DNA from: Utricularia gibba
Lineage: Eukaryota > Plantae > Magnoliophyta
Reading direction: 5' to 3'
Assembly: GCA_002189035.1 (NCBI GenBank)
Contig: NEEC01000004.1
Location: 2,728,001 to 2,792,000, forward strand
Length of the DNA stretch: 64,000 nt
How positions within the stretch are numbered: the stretch's first letter is position 1; each line of letters begins with the position of its first letter. The notes beneath the pieces were generated by a model that was not told the origin of the DNA, made no database searches, and saw nothing but the letters and a program-made list of their open reading frames with translations. A program made the position numbers and the translations under genes. Positions 38,600 through 52,820 of this stretch are shown here, in pieces.

Positions 38600-39615
38600 A
38601 ACAAGATTCTAATTCATAATAGCGAGGGGACGCAAGGGGGCTTCTTTCCCAACGTGAAAAACACCAAACACAAAGAGGGGAAGAAGGCCTTCATCATCGA
38701 GAGCAGCACCGGAATTCAGTCCAGTGCTACTGTTCCGGGCTGTGGACAGTAGCAACCGGACGACAGAACAATCTTTATTTGCTTTCCATTTTCTGAACAT
38801 TTCGAGTTTCTGCATTTGACTTGTTTACCGTATTTCTGCCGTTTTGGCCAACTTATATGAATGAAATCGTGTTTTATTTCCCAAGCATGAGTAGTTAAAG
38901 TCTTAGGGATGCCTTAAAGTGAAGTGGGGTGGTGTGTGCTTAGGGTTGATGATGAAATTTATGTGTATTCCTTAACTCTTATTTCTAACAAACCATGGTT
39001 AGACCTAAAGAGAGAAACAAGTAGTTTCACAACTTAGATGCTTGGTTTAGAGGTAGACCAACAAATCAAGATGGGAGCAGTCGGTATTAGTTTAGGGTAG
39101 AATTATTAGAATCGGGTAGACCTAGTTTTATATGCTTTACATGCGGGTAGACCTAATTGCAATGTTGGTTATGATATTGGGGACTAATTTAGTAGAAAAT
39201 ATGATGAATGACCTGCATAGATTTAGGTTATTTGAAGTTGTGAATGTAGTAATATGGTAAATTAAGTTAGGCACATTGACATCACACCATCTGCAGACCC
39301 ATAAGGCATCTTCCTATTAGTCTTAATTAAAACCAGTACCTGTCACATTTAGCGTTGAGACCTGATATTGCTTACCTACCTTGTTTACTGAACTTGTTTA
39401 CCACTATTAGTCTAAGTTTAGACTAAGACTTATTGTTATTCGAAATTATGCATGTACCAAAACACTTAGCAACCACATGCTTTTCGTGATCGACCCTGAC
39501 ATCTACTATACAAGTTTTCTAAATTTGTATTTTGTGTAGATTAGGGATTATAAATTTATTTGATAACGAAATTTCTATTTTTATTGCAACGATATTAAGA
39601 AATTTTCGTTTATCA
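38600..39615 (+). mobile_element. LTR fragment (family shared with 59575-60062)
   Basis: The 3' part gatcgaccctgacatctactatacaagttttctaaatttg...ttcgtttatca is the reverse complement of 59575-59700 and ends in CA. The left end is unresolved. Confidence 0.6.
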
Positions 39616-41099
39616 TGATTGCTCGTAATTTTTACTATATCCAAAATTATAAGAATTACCCAAATGATGTTGCCGGAAATTCAAATGAAATTAGATGTTT
39701 ACAATTGGTGTCTGAATGGTATTGATATAAACAATATTGTTGTACTTTTTTATGAAGTATACAAATTTATTTATTTATTTTATTGATTTATTTTTATCTC
39801 TAATAAAAAATATTCTAAAAATTCTTAAATTTATTATAGTAAATTTAATATTAAATTGGGATTTAAATTTTTTATTTTATATTAATAATGAATATAGAAA
39901 AATTCAAATATGATACAAAATATATTATATAGAATTTAAACAGATGATTACGTAAAATAATATTTTCAATTGATATAACAGTTAATAAGTTTTTTGATTT
40001 ACTTGATTAGGAAGTAAAAAACATACTTTTTTTATTTTCTTAAATTTAGTATTTTTGTAATTATTTTGTTGAAATTTAATAATTGTATGTATATTTAATT
40101 TGAATAAAAATATATATAATAAATGTATAATATAATTGTGCGTGTGTTTGAAAAAGAAGATATTTGGAGAAAAGAGAATTAAAAGAGAGATGAGAGAGAG
40201 TTGAAAATATAAAAATAAGATAGGTTTGTTTGTTGTCAAATCCTTGATAATGGATGTGTATTTACCATAACCGGTGTCTCACGCACTTTCCTACTTTGAT
40301 CATCAACGTTTTAGAGTTCATGCACTTGACGGCATCTGAGATTTAATACATTTTTTATTTGAGATTGGAAACATATTTTGGACTGAAAGAAGGCCAGTTA
40401 TATCACAAAATCAGGATGATACAGAAGATGAGGTGGGGGCAAAAAACATGCGCGAGTCTCTTGGAAAGGCCAAACAAGAAATCTTTGCACAGATATCAAA
40501 GAAAAATATGCTGAAGAAAGGGTCAACAACTGGGTTATTTAGAGATTTGACCATCTCATGTGATAAAAAATATTCTTATTGTGTTTATTGTGTGAGAGAG
40601 AGGGGAACGATGGCCAAATTTCTAAAAGTGCCACCGTCAACTAGCCAATTCCAACATAATTTTTTTTTTCAGAGGAACACTTCTGACATCGAAACCAAAC
40701 TAGAATAAAGCTATTAATTTAGATGCACTGAATGTTATTTTCTTGTTTAGACATTGCCTAATGTATACATTACTTTAAAGGTATCTTATGATAAATGAAA
40801 GTGGTAATTTGGCCTCTCATATTCATCGTGTGTACTTTTTTTTACATTTTTTATCCCATAGCCTTGACATACTCTTCTTCAAACAAATCTATACATTTGT
40901 CAACAAGATGTTCTTTGTTTAGCTTAGAACAAGAATAGCTTCTTCATTATTTTTGACATTGCAACAACATTTTTTATTAGTTCAGCTTCTAAAGCCCTGG
41001 GCTTGGTCTCCATTTCTTTTGCTTGAGGCCTACTTTCTGATCATTTATCTTGCATGTTCAGTTAGCTCCTCGAGCAAGGAAAGAGTCTTGGTAATCCTG

Positions 41100-44000
41100 A
41101 TGTTAAGTCAAAATTAATCATATTTATAGTATTTTTAAGTGTTAGGCTAAGGAATTAGGTGGGGTGAAATAGTTAAAAATGACAAAATTAGTAAATTTAG
41201 TGTGTATTAAAACATGTTTTGAGCCTATTTTACGTTGATTTGCTTGTTGGGGGTGAAATTACTATTTATCTAAGCCTGAGAATAGCCAGTCCATTTGGGT
41301 TGAACCATGTATTCTGACCACTCTACATATATTTATTAGTTCAAGGGCAAAATAGGAATTACATATCTACATGCCGCAAGGATATAATACTACCCATGAG
41401 AAAATAGAGAACGAGGAGAAGCTAAGCCTCCCAAGGCACACAATAAAGGCAGGCACAATCAAGTAGTGAGAGAACGAGGATTTCCAAAGTTCGGAGAGGT
41501 TTAACGGTGAGTTTAAATCAGTTTTAGGGAAGAGGACGAAGGAGGTACAGTTCCAATGTGACAGTGAAACTCAGTTTCAATGCCTAGAGCTCTGAGGAAC
41601 AGAGATCTGTCTATACAAAAAAGATGATGGAAACAGTATCAGATTGTCATTGGAAGCACCTCCATCGCCCATAATGGCAGCAAAGCACTTGGAACCTTCC
41701 CACAAACCATTAGAAACAATTGGATGAGAAGAAGTTGATGCACGCGCAAGAACTGATTTGGAGAATTGATAGAACTTTTTATTTTCTGCATTTTCACAAC
41801 CTGCTCATTAAGTTTACATTACTTACTAGAACATGAACTTATTTAAATGTTTTTATTAACCCAGCATGCTTTCTTTTATTGTGTTATTTACTACTTTCAC
41901 GCATGAATCAGAACAATAACCTGAAATTGTTTAAGTTTCTTTTAAACATGATTGATTTTGGTTTAAGTGAAATAGTTACTTTTAAATTTTCAGAAAACTC
42001 TAATCTACATATTTTGTTGCTAGTTTTTAGTGTAGAAAGTCTTTTCGAAATTTTTACTAATTTCTTTAAAGTAGAAACCCACTTTCCAACAAAAACTCTC
42101 TGTTTAATCCTACTTGTGCATAGGACTTACAATTTAAAATCATTTGCTCCCTACAAATCGACCTGGACTTGCCACTACTACATTATTTTCTTTGTGAATG
42201 TGATGTAAAATGCTTGTTCAGTTTTATAAATATCTTTTAATGAGGAAGACCTTTAGAAATGTGATACCTCTAGAATTTTCCGTCCATCAAATCCTCCAAA
42301 ATCCTTTTGTTGTCGAATCAACCAGAGCCCTATCAGTACAAAATAATCGATCATAAAAATACTTGACAAGGGCATTGATTTGAAAGGCATAGTGGTGATA
42401 GAATGCGAAAAGTTGGTTAAATCTCTCCCAATACTTTTCAAGTGATTCAGAGTTCTTTGCTCAAGATTACTAATTTCCTTTCGAATCCCTTCAGCTTTGG
42501 ACATTGGAAAGTACTTACTCAAGAATCTTCATTATAGCTCAATCGGAAATAGTTCCTGGTCTTAGAGAACTAAATCATGTCTTTGCTCCTCCTTCTGAGG
42601 TGAATTAAAAGTCTCTCAATTAAATTGCAGCTTCTCTCATTCCAAGACTCTTGAAGGATGTACAACTTCCATTATGTTGTTCAAGTGCTCATGAGGATTT
42701 TCACCAATCTTCCCATAAAATTTTTAAAAAAATATTTATCATGGCAGGTTTGAGCTCATTTGGTGCATCATCTGGAAATCTGACGCATTAACCTCTATAA
42801 GTGTGATTCGTAGCATCCAATTCATTCAAAGTCCTCTAAGGTTCAGCCATCTTTGAAATCGTTTGATTTACAACAAGGAGTCTGCTCAACTTAGCCGCAT
42901 TTCTTTCAGTTCTTCGTACACCTCTCTCAACTTCTGGATTGAATCAAAATCCCTTGCACCAAAAGAACACAAATGCCTAAAATAAAAATATGAAACAATT
43001 AAACACCACTCCTTGCCAACAATGCCAATTAGAGAAACAAAAATTCGTGCTATCGTTGTGAAAAACTAAACTTCTCTTTTGATCGTTTCACTGTCATGGA
43101 AAAGATCCACTACACTAGCCCGAAAAGGTGTGTAAACGGTCAATGCAAATTGTATAGTGGAATTTGAATTCAATTACAAGGAGTTTGTGCTTGTAATGTA
43201 TTTTTTTGAAATACGAAACTTCAAAATAATTCTGCTCATAGTTTTAGGTGAAATTAAACATGGCATGCCAGTTAACTAATTGAAATTAAATCACAATGCA
43301 AAAGTTAACTAATACTGGTTATGTGAAAAAGTCAAATTGATATGGTACTTGAGTTACTAATTTAATATACAATTTTCTATTTAAACAACTTGAAACAACT
43401 TAAGTCTATCTAGGTTATTTCTCATATTTTTGGCTAAGATAGTTTCTAATATCCTTACCTATTTCACACTTAGATCTATCCACATGCAAAATATATAAAA
43501 CTAGATTTATTCAATTATATTAGTTTTACCTAAGATTATTACTTACTACATCTATCTTGATTCATCGGTCTCCCTCTAAATTGAACTTTTGAGTTGCAAT
43601 GTTTATCGCTCCTCCCCTTAGGTGTGCCTTAGGAATGTGAGAAACAAACAACAAATATATGCAATTATAGATTACTTAGTAAATCTTAAATCACATCACC
43701 TTAAAAAACCTTAAACTATTCCTAAAATCTAGCCACTTATATTTAATTGGAAAAGCATAATTCCATAGATATAAATTGAAGAAAATATCATAAACATCAT
43801 AATGCCACAGAAGCAAAATATTTAGCAAACTAAAATGAAGTAAAATAAGTTTATGTTTTTTGTCGATTACAGTTCACTACTAGGAATATAACATTGAACT
43901 AGGTTTTTGATAGCTCTTATAGTTGAAATTTTTTTTTTCAATCTTCCTCCTTTTTCCGTTGTGTTCTTCCCTGTTTTCGTCGTCGAAAACTCTCCCTTCC

Positions 44001-44370
44001 GTGGTTAATTTTCTCCCAAAATATATACCTCTCTACTTTTCTCCTTTTCAAACCCAAGTATGATTTCTAACATCTATACTAGTCCTAAGCTAAACCTATA
44101 GACTGTGGGTGGTACAAATAGTACTTTTTGTGCCTCTACAGATATTTTGTCCCATTGATTTGATCCATGTATTTTCAGTCTTATTTGTTGCTGAATTTTG
44201 CTGCTAAGACTCAATTAAATATTAATAATATAAGATGGACTAAATCTGGCCACTTTTACGAGATAAAAGTATCCTAAACGTCATTTAAAATATTAAATAC
44301 TACACAAACAAAGTCTAAATTGTACCTAAACATGATGACTTTATATTATATAAATGCTATTAAAATGTGT
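41100..44370. mobile_element. Rearranged Athila-like cluster: LTR-like block (+, ~41100-42240), gag remnant (-, ~42250-42950), Athila-type PBS (~43010-43030, -) and LTR (-)
   Basis: Minus strand shows a PBS-like aattggcattgttggcaagg and gag fragments DDAPNELKPAMI and GENPHEHLNN. Boundaries approximate. Confidence 0.5.
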
Positions 44371-45229
44371 GTTATTAGCCATTATGGACTACCTCTTTGT
44401 ATTCCATGAAAAAAGACTTTCATTCAAGTAAAAAATATACCATATGTTTTTTTACAGTTTTTGGTCCTAACATAATCACTATCATAAAAGTCAAAAATCT
44501 TGGTTGCTCATGCTTTGAGTAGGAATAATAAATCCCAAATTCTAGTGCTTTTTTGATGTAACATAGGACTCACTTGACAGCTACAGATCCGATTTGGGAT
44601 CTACATAAATCTCACAAGCGAGTAATCCAATGAGCTTTTTGTAGGAGTCTAGAGAATCTCAAGTCTCAAAGAGAAATGCATCAATCCTAGATTTGTCATT
44701 TATAACTCTCCCCTTGGTTTTTTTTTCCACTCATTTTTCAAATGGTTATTGTTCAATATAATTAAGAAATCATCCACATACATGCTCACCAAAATTTTTC
44801 CTCCATCTAAGTTATTATAGAACAAGGTTTGTTCATTATAAGTTTGAATGAAGCCTTCAGTCATTTAGAAAAATTCAATCTTGAACAAGGTTTGGACTAT
44901 GCATGCTGGACATTTAGGCAATTTCAACATGACAAGCATCAAATATTGAAATTATAGGTTCTCCCATGTACATGAAAGATGCAGATTGGTTAGTTTTCCT
45001 TTCTTTGTATGATTTCTCAATTTCAGATTTTTTTCAATTTCTTTGTAGGACTCACTTTTTTCTATATGACCTTTAACTTCACAGTAATCACACAGGGCTT
45101 GTCAAAGCCATGTTTTTCAATTGACAATTTTCTTAGGTATGGTCAGATCTTTCACAATGAATACAACTATCTACCTTTATGCATTTATTAGAAGAAGCAT
45201 TATCTAGGGATTGTCGAATAGTGGAGGCC

Positions 45230-45936
45230 TTAGAAAACAACACAAACTCAATACTAAAGTCACATATATTTCATTTTTCCTTGATTTGTATATGTTTCTC
45301 AGCAGCTTATAATTCACTAGTGTACTCAGCAATTTTCATAGATTTTTCATGTCATGTGATTTTTCGTAGCTTTTCTTCAACTTCAATGGCAGAGAGTTTA
45401 GCTTCAAATCTCTCATGCAAACTTATGACTTTCTCCAAGGCTCGAATTTCATTAATCAACTTTGAAGTATGTTCACAATATTGCATCATATTTTCAAAAT
45501 TCTTCATTAGATTTCTCTCAAATTCTTCAATGAGGTTGTGACGAGTATATTTTTGCATTTTGTCATCCCCTCCATAGAGTTCTTGGAGTGTGTCCCAGAT
45601 ATTCTTGGGTCTATAAAAATCTGCAATCTTATCGAATATCTCTTTCGTGAGTGAAGCATTTAGAGCTATAATAGCAGCATACTTGTTTTCCTCAAAAGTT
45701 TCTAACTTTTTGAGTTTAGTTGCTATGAGATTTTCAGAAAGATGAGGGTTCACTTACCTTTTTGGAAGTCATCATCAAGTGTTTCTTGCACTTCAAATAA
45801 GGTGTTATTTTCCTCACACATTGGTGATAGTTCTCCCAAGAAAACATGTATCGCTGGAGCATTTGTTGATCAATTGGGGCATAACTTCAAGTATGTACTA
45901 ACAAGTAAAAGTAGAACTAATTGCTCTGATACCATG
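45230..45936 (-). mobile_element. Ty1/Copia 5' remnant: tRNA-iMet PBS plus UBN2-type gag
   Basis: CA|TGGTATCAGAGC at 45936-45923, followed by NKYAAIIALNASLTKEIFDKI..KNIWDTLQELYGGDDK..HERFEAKLSAIE. Confidence 0.75.
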
Positions 45937-45972
45937 TGACAATTATTCAACGAGGCAAGAGAGGAAATGTGT

Positions 45973-47880
45973 TGTGTTCTTAGATTTAGAACGAGTTACA
46001 AGTCACACTTTCCATAAATGGTGAAGAACAACAAAAATAAAACAAAGATCAACAGAGAGTTCAACAAAATGGATAACAAAAAAAGAAAAGATAACATGAG
46101 ATAGCCTCCAAGTTCTACTCCTCCAGCCTCCAACCTTAGATCCAAGTTTAGCTCTCATGGCAAGGCACACTCTCTTAGGTGTCAACATTTGGGTTGGGCT
46201 TGCTTCTCTTGTGGTAAGTGATGGGCTTAGTCCAAGGGGTGAGGTCCATATCAACTCCTTATGTTTCAAATGTAGAGCAGTGACTTCTACAAAAGAGGGG
46301 AAGGAATTAAGAAACACTATGATATACTTCATGTTTCCTCTTGGATGGGGTATCCTCTTCATTACACCAAAAGTATGATTTGGGATCCTTGATGTTGGGC
46401 ATCGAGCATAGCTTCTAGGCAATACACATTTGAGGGTTCATCGGAGGTGAGTCACCAAGGGATATACTTGAAAATCTTTTCACTAGGGAACACATGGAAA
46501 AGAGGGTGAATGTGGTTTGATAGTGAAGGAAGAGCCAGACCCAATCCTTGGGCATGAATGTGATCGCACGATGATGAGGTGAGCCTTTATACATTCCCAG
46601 GCTGTGCTAATATGATCCCATAGGATAGATAATATGTCAAATCTCCCGCACAGCAATAGATCCAATTTAGTAGAAGTCACCTCCTCAAGATGATGTTGTC
46701 TAAAGGTTGGGGGAGTCCTCTCAAAAACATCCTCAAATGGTGCCATGTGGATTGAGGAGTGATAACTAAAGTTATAAGCATACTCTATTCAAGATAACCA
46801 AGAATCCAATCATGTGGCTGAAGACCATAGAAAGTTCGAAGGTAGGATTTTGGAACACTGTTATTGACCTCCATCTGACCATCTATTTACGGGTGATAAG
46901 CTAAGGTAAACAAGAGTTGAGTACCACTAAGCCTAAAAAGTTCACACCTGAATAGGCTAGTAAAAATTGGATTACGATCACTAATGATATCTTCAGGAAA
47001 ACCATGTAATTGGAAAACATTATCAAAAAAAACCTTTCAAGTTTTCTTGGTTATGAAAGCCCATTTCAATGGAATAAAATGAGCATATTTTGAGAATCTG
47101 TCAATCACCACCATAATAACAAAAAACCTCTAAGAATCCGACAATGCAAAAATAAAATTCATAGATAAACTTGACTAGATCGCCAAAGAAATAGAGAGGG
47201 GTTGTAGGAGACTAGCCAAATGTAGGGTTTCTTCCTTATCCTGTTGATAGTTGGTACAAGTTTTCACGAGTTCAATTACGTGGCCTTCTTCATGCCATTC
47301 AAATAATAGTCTTGTTTGAGCGTTTAAGGTGTTTTACAAATACCTTTATGAAATAAACTGTGCATTTGGGTAACTAAGGTGGAGATTAACACTAACTGTA
47401 GAGGCAATGCAACTCATCATTTAAAATATAAGATTTCATTTGCTAGCTCCTAGTTGCTCTAAAAATGAGAAATAAATTTAAGGTATTTTTTTTGCTCTTC
47501 TCATGCCAACAAAAAGCACTATGGATGATGAGAGAGAGTACAATGACAGAAGGCCCAAGCAATTCACACTTTCACGATAATCCATCCACTACTCTATTGG
47601 TTTTCCCATCTTTGTACTTTACCATGAATGAGTATACCATCAGCTTGGCTACCCAATGTTGCTATGGCAATGTATGAAGCTGTTGATCCAAGAGATACTT
47701 CAAAGGGTAGTGATTTGTCGGCAGAATAAATGTCTTCCCTAATAGATATGATCGCAAATGATGGACTGCTTTAGTTAGAGTAATGAGTTCCTTTTCGTAA
47801 GTTGGCCATCTTTGTCGAGATTCAATTCATGACCCACTGAATTAAGATACAAGGTGTTGATCTTGCATTAAGATAGCTCC
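45973..47880 (-). mobile_element. Chromovirus-type Gypsy remnant (RNase H, integrase, pol tail) with 3' LTR (~45973-46252)
   Basis: RNase H-like AVHHLRSYLLGKTF, integrase VVIDRFSKYAHF and MAPFEDVF, a NSFPSF tail, then an LTR starting TGATATGGACCTCACCCC. The LTR has a homolog at 52529-52820. Confidence 0.65.
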
Positions 47881-48228
47881 TAGTCAACATAATTACATAT
47901 TTGACCTAAAAATCAAGGGTTTAGAGCATAACGGATCCAAAAATTTTTTTAACAGGGCATAATGGACCCATGCCGTTTTGTGAATAGGCATGTTTGACCC
48001 ATAAATTTTATAAACTGGCAAATTTAACCCATGAATCTTTTTTATTGTACAAGACACCCATTCAATAATAACATATTTGACCCGATGAAGTTTAGATTTT
48101 GATTTATTTGACCCAAATAGTTTTACCATTTCAGCATATTTGGCCTACATAGTTGAAATCGGATCAATATTAATATTATTTAATAATATATAATAAATAA
48201 AAAAATTTAAAATTTTTATATTTGATTA

Positions 48229-49417
48229 TGATAAGTGATTTTGTGTCACTTATATTTGTGCTTTTTAGGACTCTCTTAGATGAGTTTTGCATTCTTTTTA
48301 TCCCACTTTACTTATGTTTTTAGAAGAATTTTATATTTGTCATATCACTTTGATCTTTTTGGAGGGAAAGTGTGTTTTGTGATTTTTTAGGACGAATTTG
48401 CAATAATTTGGGGGATTTTCGAGCTACTTTAATGGAGGCAAAGATTCGGTCTATCTGGATGAAGACTCGATCAAAGATTCTCGGATAAGATAAGATTTGC
48501 ATCTTATCTTGGAGAAATTGGATCTCATCCTAGAAGATTTGTATCAAATCTAAGAAGATTCAGATAGAAGATTTGATGCGAGCCCATCAAGAAAGCCCGA
48601 CAAATCCCCACCATTATATAAAGATCCAAATGTGAAGACCTAAGGGAGAGTCAAGTGGTGGACGACCAGAGAGTCAAATTAGGGTTTAGAGTCGAGTCTA
48701 GCATTTTTTGGATGTCTTCCCTTTCGTTTTTCATCAACTTTTGTTGTTCAGAGTCCAACTGCGCGTGTGAGCGCTTGCGACTGAGGATCTGCTGTGAAGC
48801 CTTGCTTGTGCAAGTTCTGCGCGTATGACTATCTCACCATGTTTTTCAGCATTTAATTTGAAGTCTGATTCTGTTTTTCACAACGTTTTCTTTACCAATG
48901 TGATCTTTAGTACCATATAGCCCTAAGGGAGTGTGAGAGAATCAAAGGTTGGTCTCAAGCACCTAAGGAGAAGGGGTTAAACGGACATCGTTGATAAGGC
49001 ACATTCTATCTAATTTGTCTGCGAGGTGTGAGGTGTAGGGGTTAGATTTGGGTGTGGGGAAAACGTGAGTTATCACAAGAGGTGAAATGGCTCTTATGGC
49101 GTGGTTGATTCCATAATCCCACAAAACAAGGGTTGGTTCTATAACGGTCACCGAGTAGCACTACTTTAGAATAACACCCCCAAAGCTTGTGCAAGCAAGT
49201 CAATTCTCAAGGTTTGCACACACACAAGGGCAAGTTTCAAGTAAGGTGGATCTTAGATCCAAGACCACTTTTCTTATTGTCTTCAAAACGAAATTTTTCT
49301 TTTGTTTTCGGTCTTTTTGAATCTTTGTTGAAAAGAATATTCCAATAACAATTTCCTGTGGATATGATCTTATTTTATTACTGCGACAGTTTCTGTGCAC
49401 TTGCAGAATTACCATCA
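48229..49417 (+). mobile_element. Solo LTR (1189 bp, Athila-like) with 5-bp TSD GATTA
   Basis: TGATAAGTG...GTGCACTTGCAGAATTACCATCA; GATTA at 48224-48228 and 49418-49422. Confidence 0.88.
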
Positions 49418-50799
49418 GATTATTCCTCCATTAACCCTAAATCGAATTGGGAATGATCCTTTCTGTCCTCTAGCAAGTTAAGAGCTCAAGATTTCCAGGC
49501 AACCGAAAAGGCATGAAGATTGGAGATTGACAATTTCTTTGGCCGCCTCCCATCCCATCTATGTTCTGGGCTTCCTAAATTGTGGAGTTGCAATTAAATA
49601 TAACTTTTTAGAAGTAGAGATACCATCTGGAAAGGCATGAAGATTAGATGTGTTTTATTTTTTTTTTTTCTGGTTCTAAGCAGGTTAAAGTTTGTTTTTC
49701 TTTCTTGGGAGTTGAAAAAAGTGGAAGAAAATTATAGAAGAACAGTATTTATTTCTTGTTTATAAAAGTGGAAGGTTAAAGTTTGCTCTGGATCTGAAGG
49801 TATGGTTTTAGTTTTTTTTTTTTTTTCACTTCATTGCATTATTGTATTTATTTCTTGTTTGCCGGATTGCTATTGTTGAACTTTTGTGCAAAAATTTGAT
49901 TTGCTTGTGAATAATGGTTTTCCTCGGCACATATTTGATGGAGAAAGAGAGTATAATTCTAGAAATTGTGAGAATTTATTGACTTTGGTTTTTTGCCTAT
50001 TTTGTGTACACTTGTAAGAAGTTGATGTGCTATTTCCTCTTGTATTTTTTTTTTTTTTTTTTTTTTTTTGCCATTACTCTAGAAGCTGTCTACTTATTGC
50101 CTACTTTCTGAGTCTTTTACATAAAAACCCCAAGAACCAACCTTCCTTTTCTTTTGTTTCTGGAATGTACTTTTTACATATTTGGAACACCTAGTTTTAT
50201 AGCTTTTAGGTGGATTAATATGTAATATGTTCTTCTAGATGATTGCTGTCTATCATTTGTGGGTGTAGTAGTGGTAAGTCTTTCGCTTTCATTATTAGTT
50301 TCTTCCAGCGCTTTAGTCTTGCAGCTTATCCATTTTGAAATGTGTTTCTGGTTGATTCTGGTGCTTGCAAAATTTTATTGGGGTTCTTGGAATGATGAAG
50401 TTTATGCTGTATTTTATGCTCTAGTTTCCATATCGCCATCATTGAAAGTTTTCATTTAGGTTTCTTCTCCATGTAGCGATTTATTCATTCTCTTCCCTTC
50501 AAGAATGGTGTGAGTTTCGGATGGTTTGCATTGGTTTTTGGATAAAAAAAAATGTAATATGTTCTTGTGTAATATGTTGCCCGTTATGAGATTATTAAAA
50601 TGTACGTCCTTTACCTGTAATTTTTATGAACTAGTGTTACTTCTTCTGTTACATTATGTGCTCTTTGGTATTATGTTATGTTTTTTGTATGCATGTTTTG
50701 CAGATTTTTCATGTGACTTCTGCTATGCTTCCTATTAGTTCCATCAAAATAATGGGTGCCGATTGTCCTCCTTACTTTTTTTGTTGATTTTTTAGTTGC

Positions 50800-51900
50800 C
50801 ACTGTATTTGTAGGTATGAATACTCAGGTGTAATATGAAAGTGACTTTGAATTCTACTATGGAAGCAAGGAGGAAGACTATGAAATTCTCAATGACCGAT
50901 TCCCCACTGAGAATCATGATTATGGGCAAGCTTTAGAAATTGCCATGTCCAAAGGAGTACAATCGGAAGCTTTTCGCAATGAAACAAGTGAAGGTCCATT
51001 GAACATTTTTAGGATGGAAAGTAGTAGTGTTTGAATACTAGAGCTTGTTAAAGTATAGTTTGTTTTGATTAAATTGTATTATTGTTGTTTTCAGTATTTC
51101 AATTGTGTTTCATTTATAGGGAAGGGATAGTATTTCAATCCAAAGCCGAGGCTAAAGATGCACTTGAAGAGTATTATGTCCAGAAAGGAATCTAATTTTG
51201 GTTTAAGAAGAATAATAAACGTCGTTTAATTGTTCATTGTAGAGGTCGTGAAGGGGGTAGCATGCCCGTGGAAGGTGTACGTGAAGGTAACACCAATGAC
51301 GACTTGGAGTGTTCATGAAGTCACTCCACATCAAGACTATTGTTGGCCTCATGTGAACAACAAATCGATGAATGTGCATTGGCTTGAAAAGATGTATATG
51401 GATAGGCTCATTGATCGTCCATTGACCAATGCTGCGAATCTACTTACGGATATAAAGCTTGATTCGCATGTGGAAGTGTCTTCTCACAAGGTGAGGAGAG
51501 TGAAAGAAAACATAAAGAAGATAGCAGCAGGAAGTATGAAGAATAATTTACAGTGATTATGAAGTTATTGTGAACAATATCAGGTATTAAATGAAGGTGC
51601 TACCATGACAATTTTAGAGGTAGACAGTGATGAAGATGAAAAAAAAATATGCAAAAGAGTTTACTTTTATTCTAATATATTCATTTTTGAAACATTTTTA
51701 TTATATATTTGTGGATTTTTTTCAATATTGTAGCATTTTTTCCTATATATTCTCAATTGGTTTACATTGATGATCATGTCAATATTGTTCATCACAGTGT
51801 GAACATAAATTGAGTCTCCAATGTTCAATGACTTCTTTGCACGATGTCTTCTTCTTAGTCGACAATTCAGAAATGGGAGCAAGGTAGATAGTTTATTTCT
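50800..51900 (+). mobile_element. Truncated Mutator/MULE transposase remnant
   Basis: FQSKAEAKDALEEYYVQKG..FKKNNKRRLIVHC followed by CPWKVYVKVTPMTTWSVHEVTPHQDYC..VEVSSHKVRRVKE; same family as 7527-7790. Confidence 0.75.
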
Positions 51901-52528
51901 CAATGGGTTTTTCAATGGGGCATGATTGGAGGTAGATGCCTTGAGCTAAAGGCGTTGCTTCATTGAGAGATGTGGGTTCTAGGCATCCTACTTCCCTACA
52001 TAAAAATTCCAATAGGCTGTGTATATAGACTTGCATTAAATCAGATTCGTATTTAGAGTTCATCATGGATGCATCTTCTCAAAGGATAGATTATACACAG
52101 TTAGATCATCCAATGCATTTTGAATTTGCAAGATTATAACACATATTTTTGAGCATTTAAGAATAAGAAAATGATTCATATTGTATTATACCCTCTCCCC
52201 TTCCCTAAAAAAAAAATTTTAGGTTAATTTTTTAAAAAATTTTGGAAATTTTAACCATTTTGATTGAGTTTCGCCCCCCTTCCTAGTTTTGCCCCCTTTT
52301 CCAAGTCTGCCCCTATCCTGTGTCTGCCACTGGGCATAATCATCTCGAGCTTCACCAATACATCAGCTATCATAGAGCTGATGAGCTTTCCTCGACATGA
52401 GTTTCTAGGTTGTTCAGGCATCCGCCAAAATGTGGATGATGGCTTCCTCATCAGAAGTTTAAACACCATATGTGCATGAGCCATGATGTTATTTCTGGAT
52501 GAGCGGGCTCCTCTAGCACCAAAGATTT

Positions 52529-52820
52529 TGTGGCTTAGATATAGAACAAGTTAGTGGTCCCAATTTCAATAATAGGTGAACAACAACAATAGAGTAGAGA
52601 TCATCTAAGTGTTCCGCAAAATGGGAAATAGAAAATGACAATATAACAAGAGATGGCCTCCAAGCTCCACTCCTCTAGCTTCTAGGGTCAAATGTCGGCA
52701 TATTTTGCCAATTCAAGGTAAAAAAAGGGGTCACACTCTCTTTAAGTGTCGACATTTGGATTGGACTTGCTCCTCTTGTGGTAAGTGATGTACTCAATCC
52801 AAGGGGTGAGGTCCATATCA
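52529..52820 (-). mobile_element. Short LTR copy related to 45973-46252
   Basis: Shares ..ttgtggtaagtgatg..ccaaggggtgaggtccatatca. No matching TSD seen. Confidence 0.6.

Noticed and set aside
40240-40710. Possible host gene fragment (91-aa ORF 40433-40708)
   Set aside because: No recognisable domain or exon structure, and it is embedded among LTR fragments.
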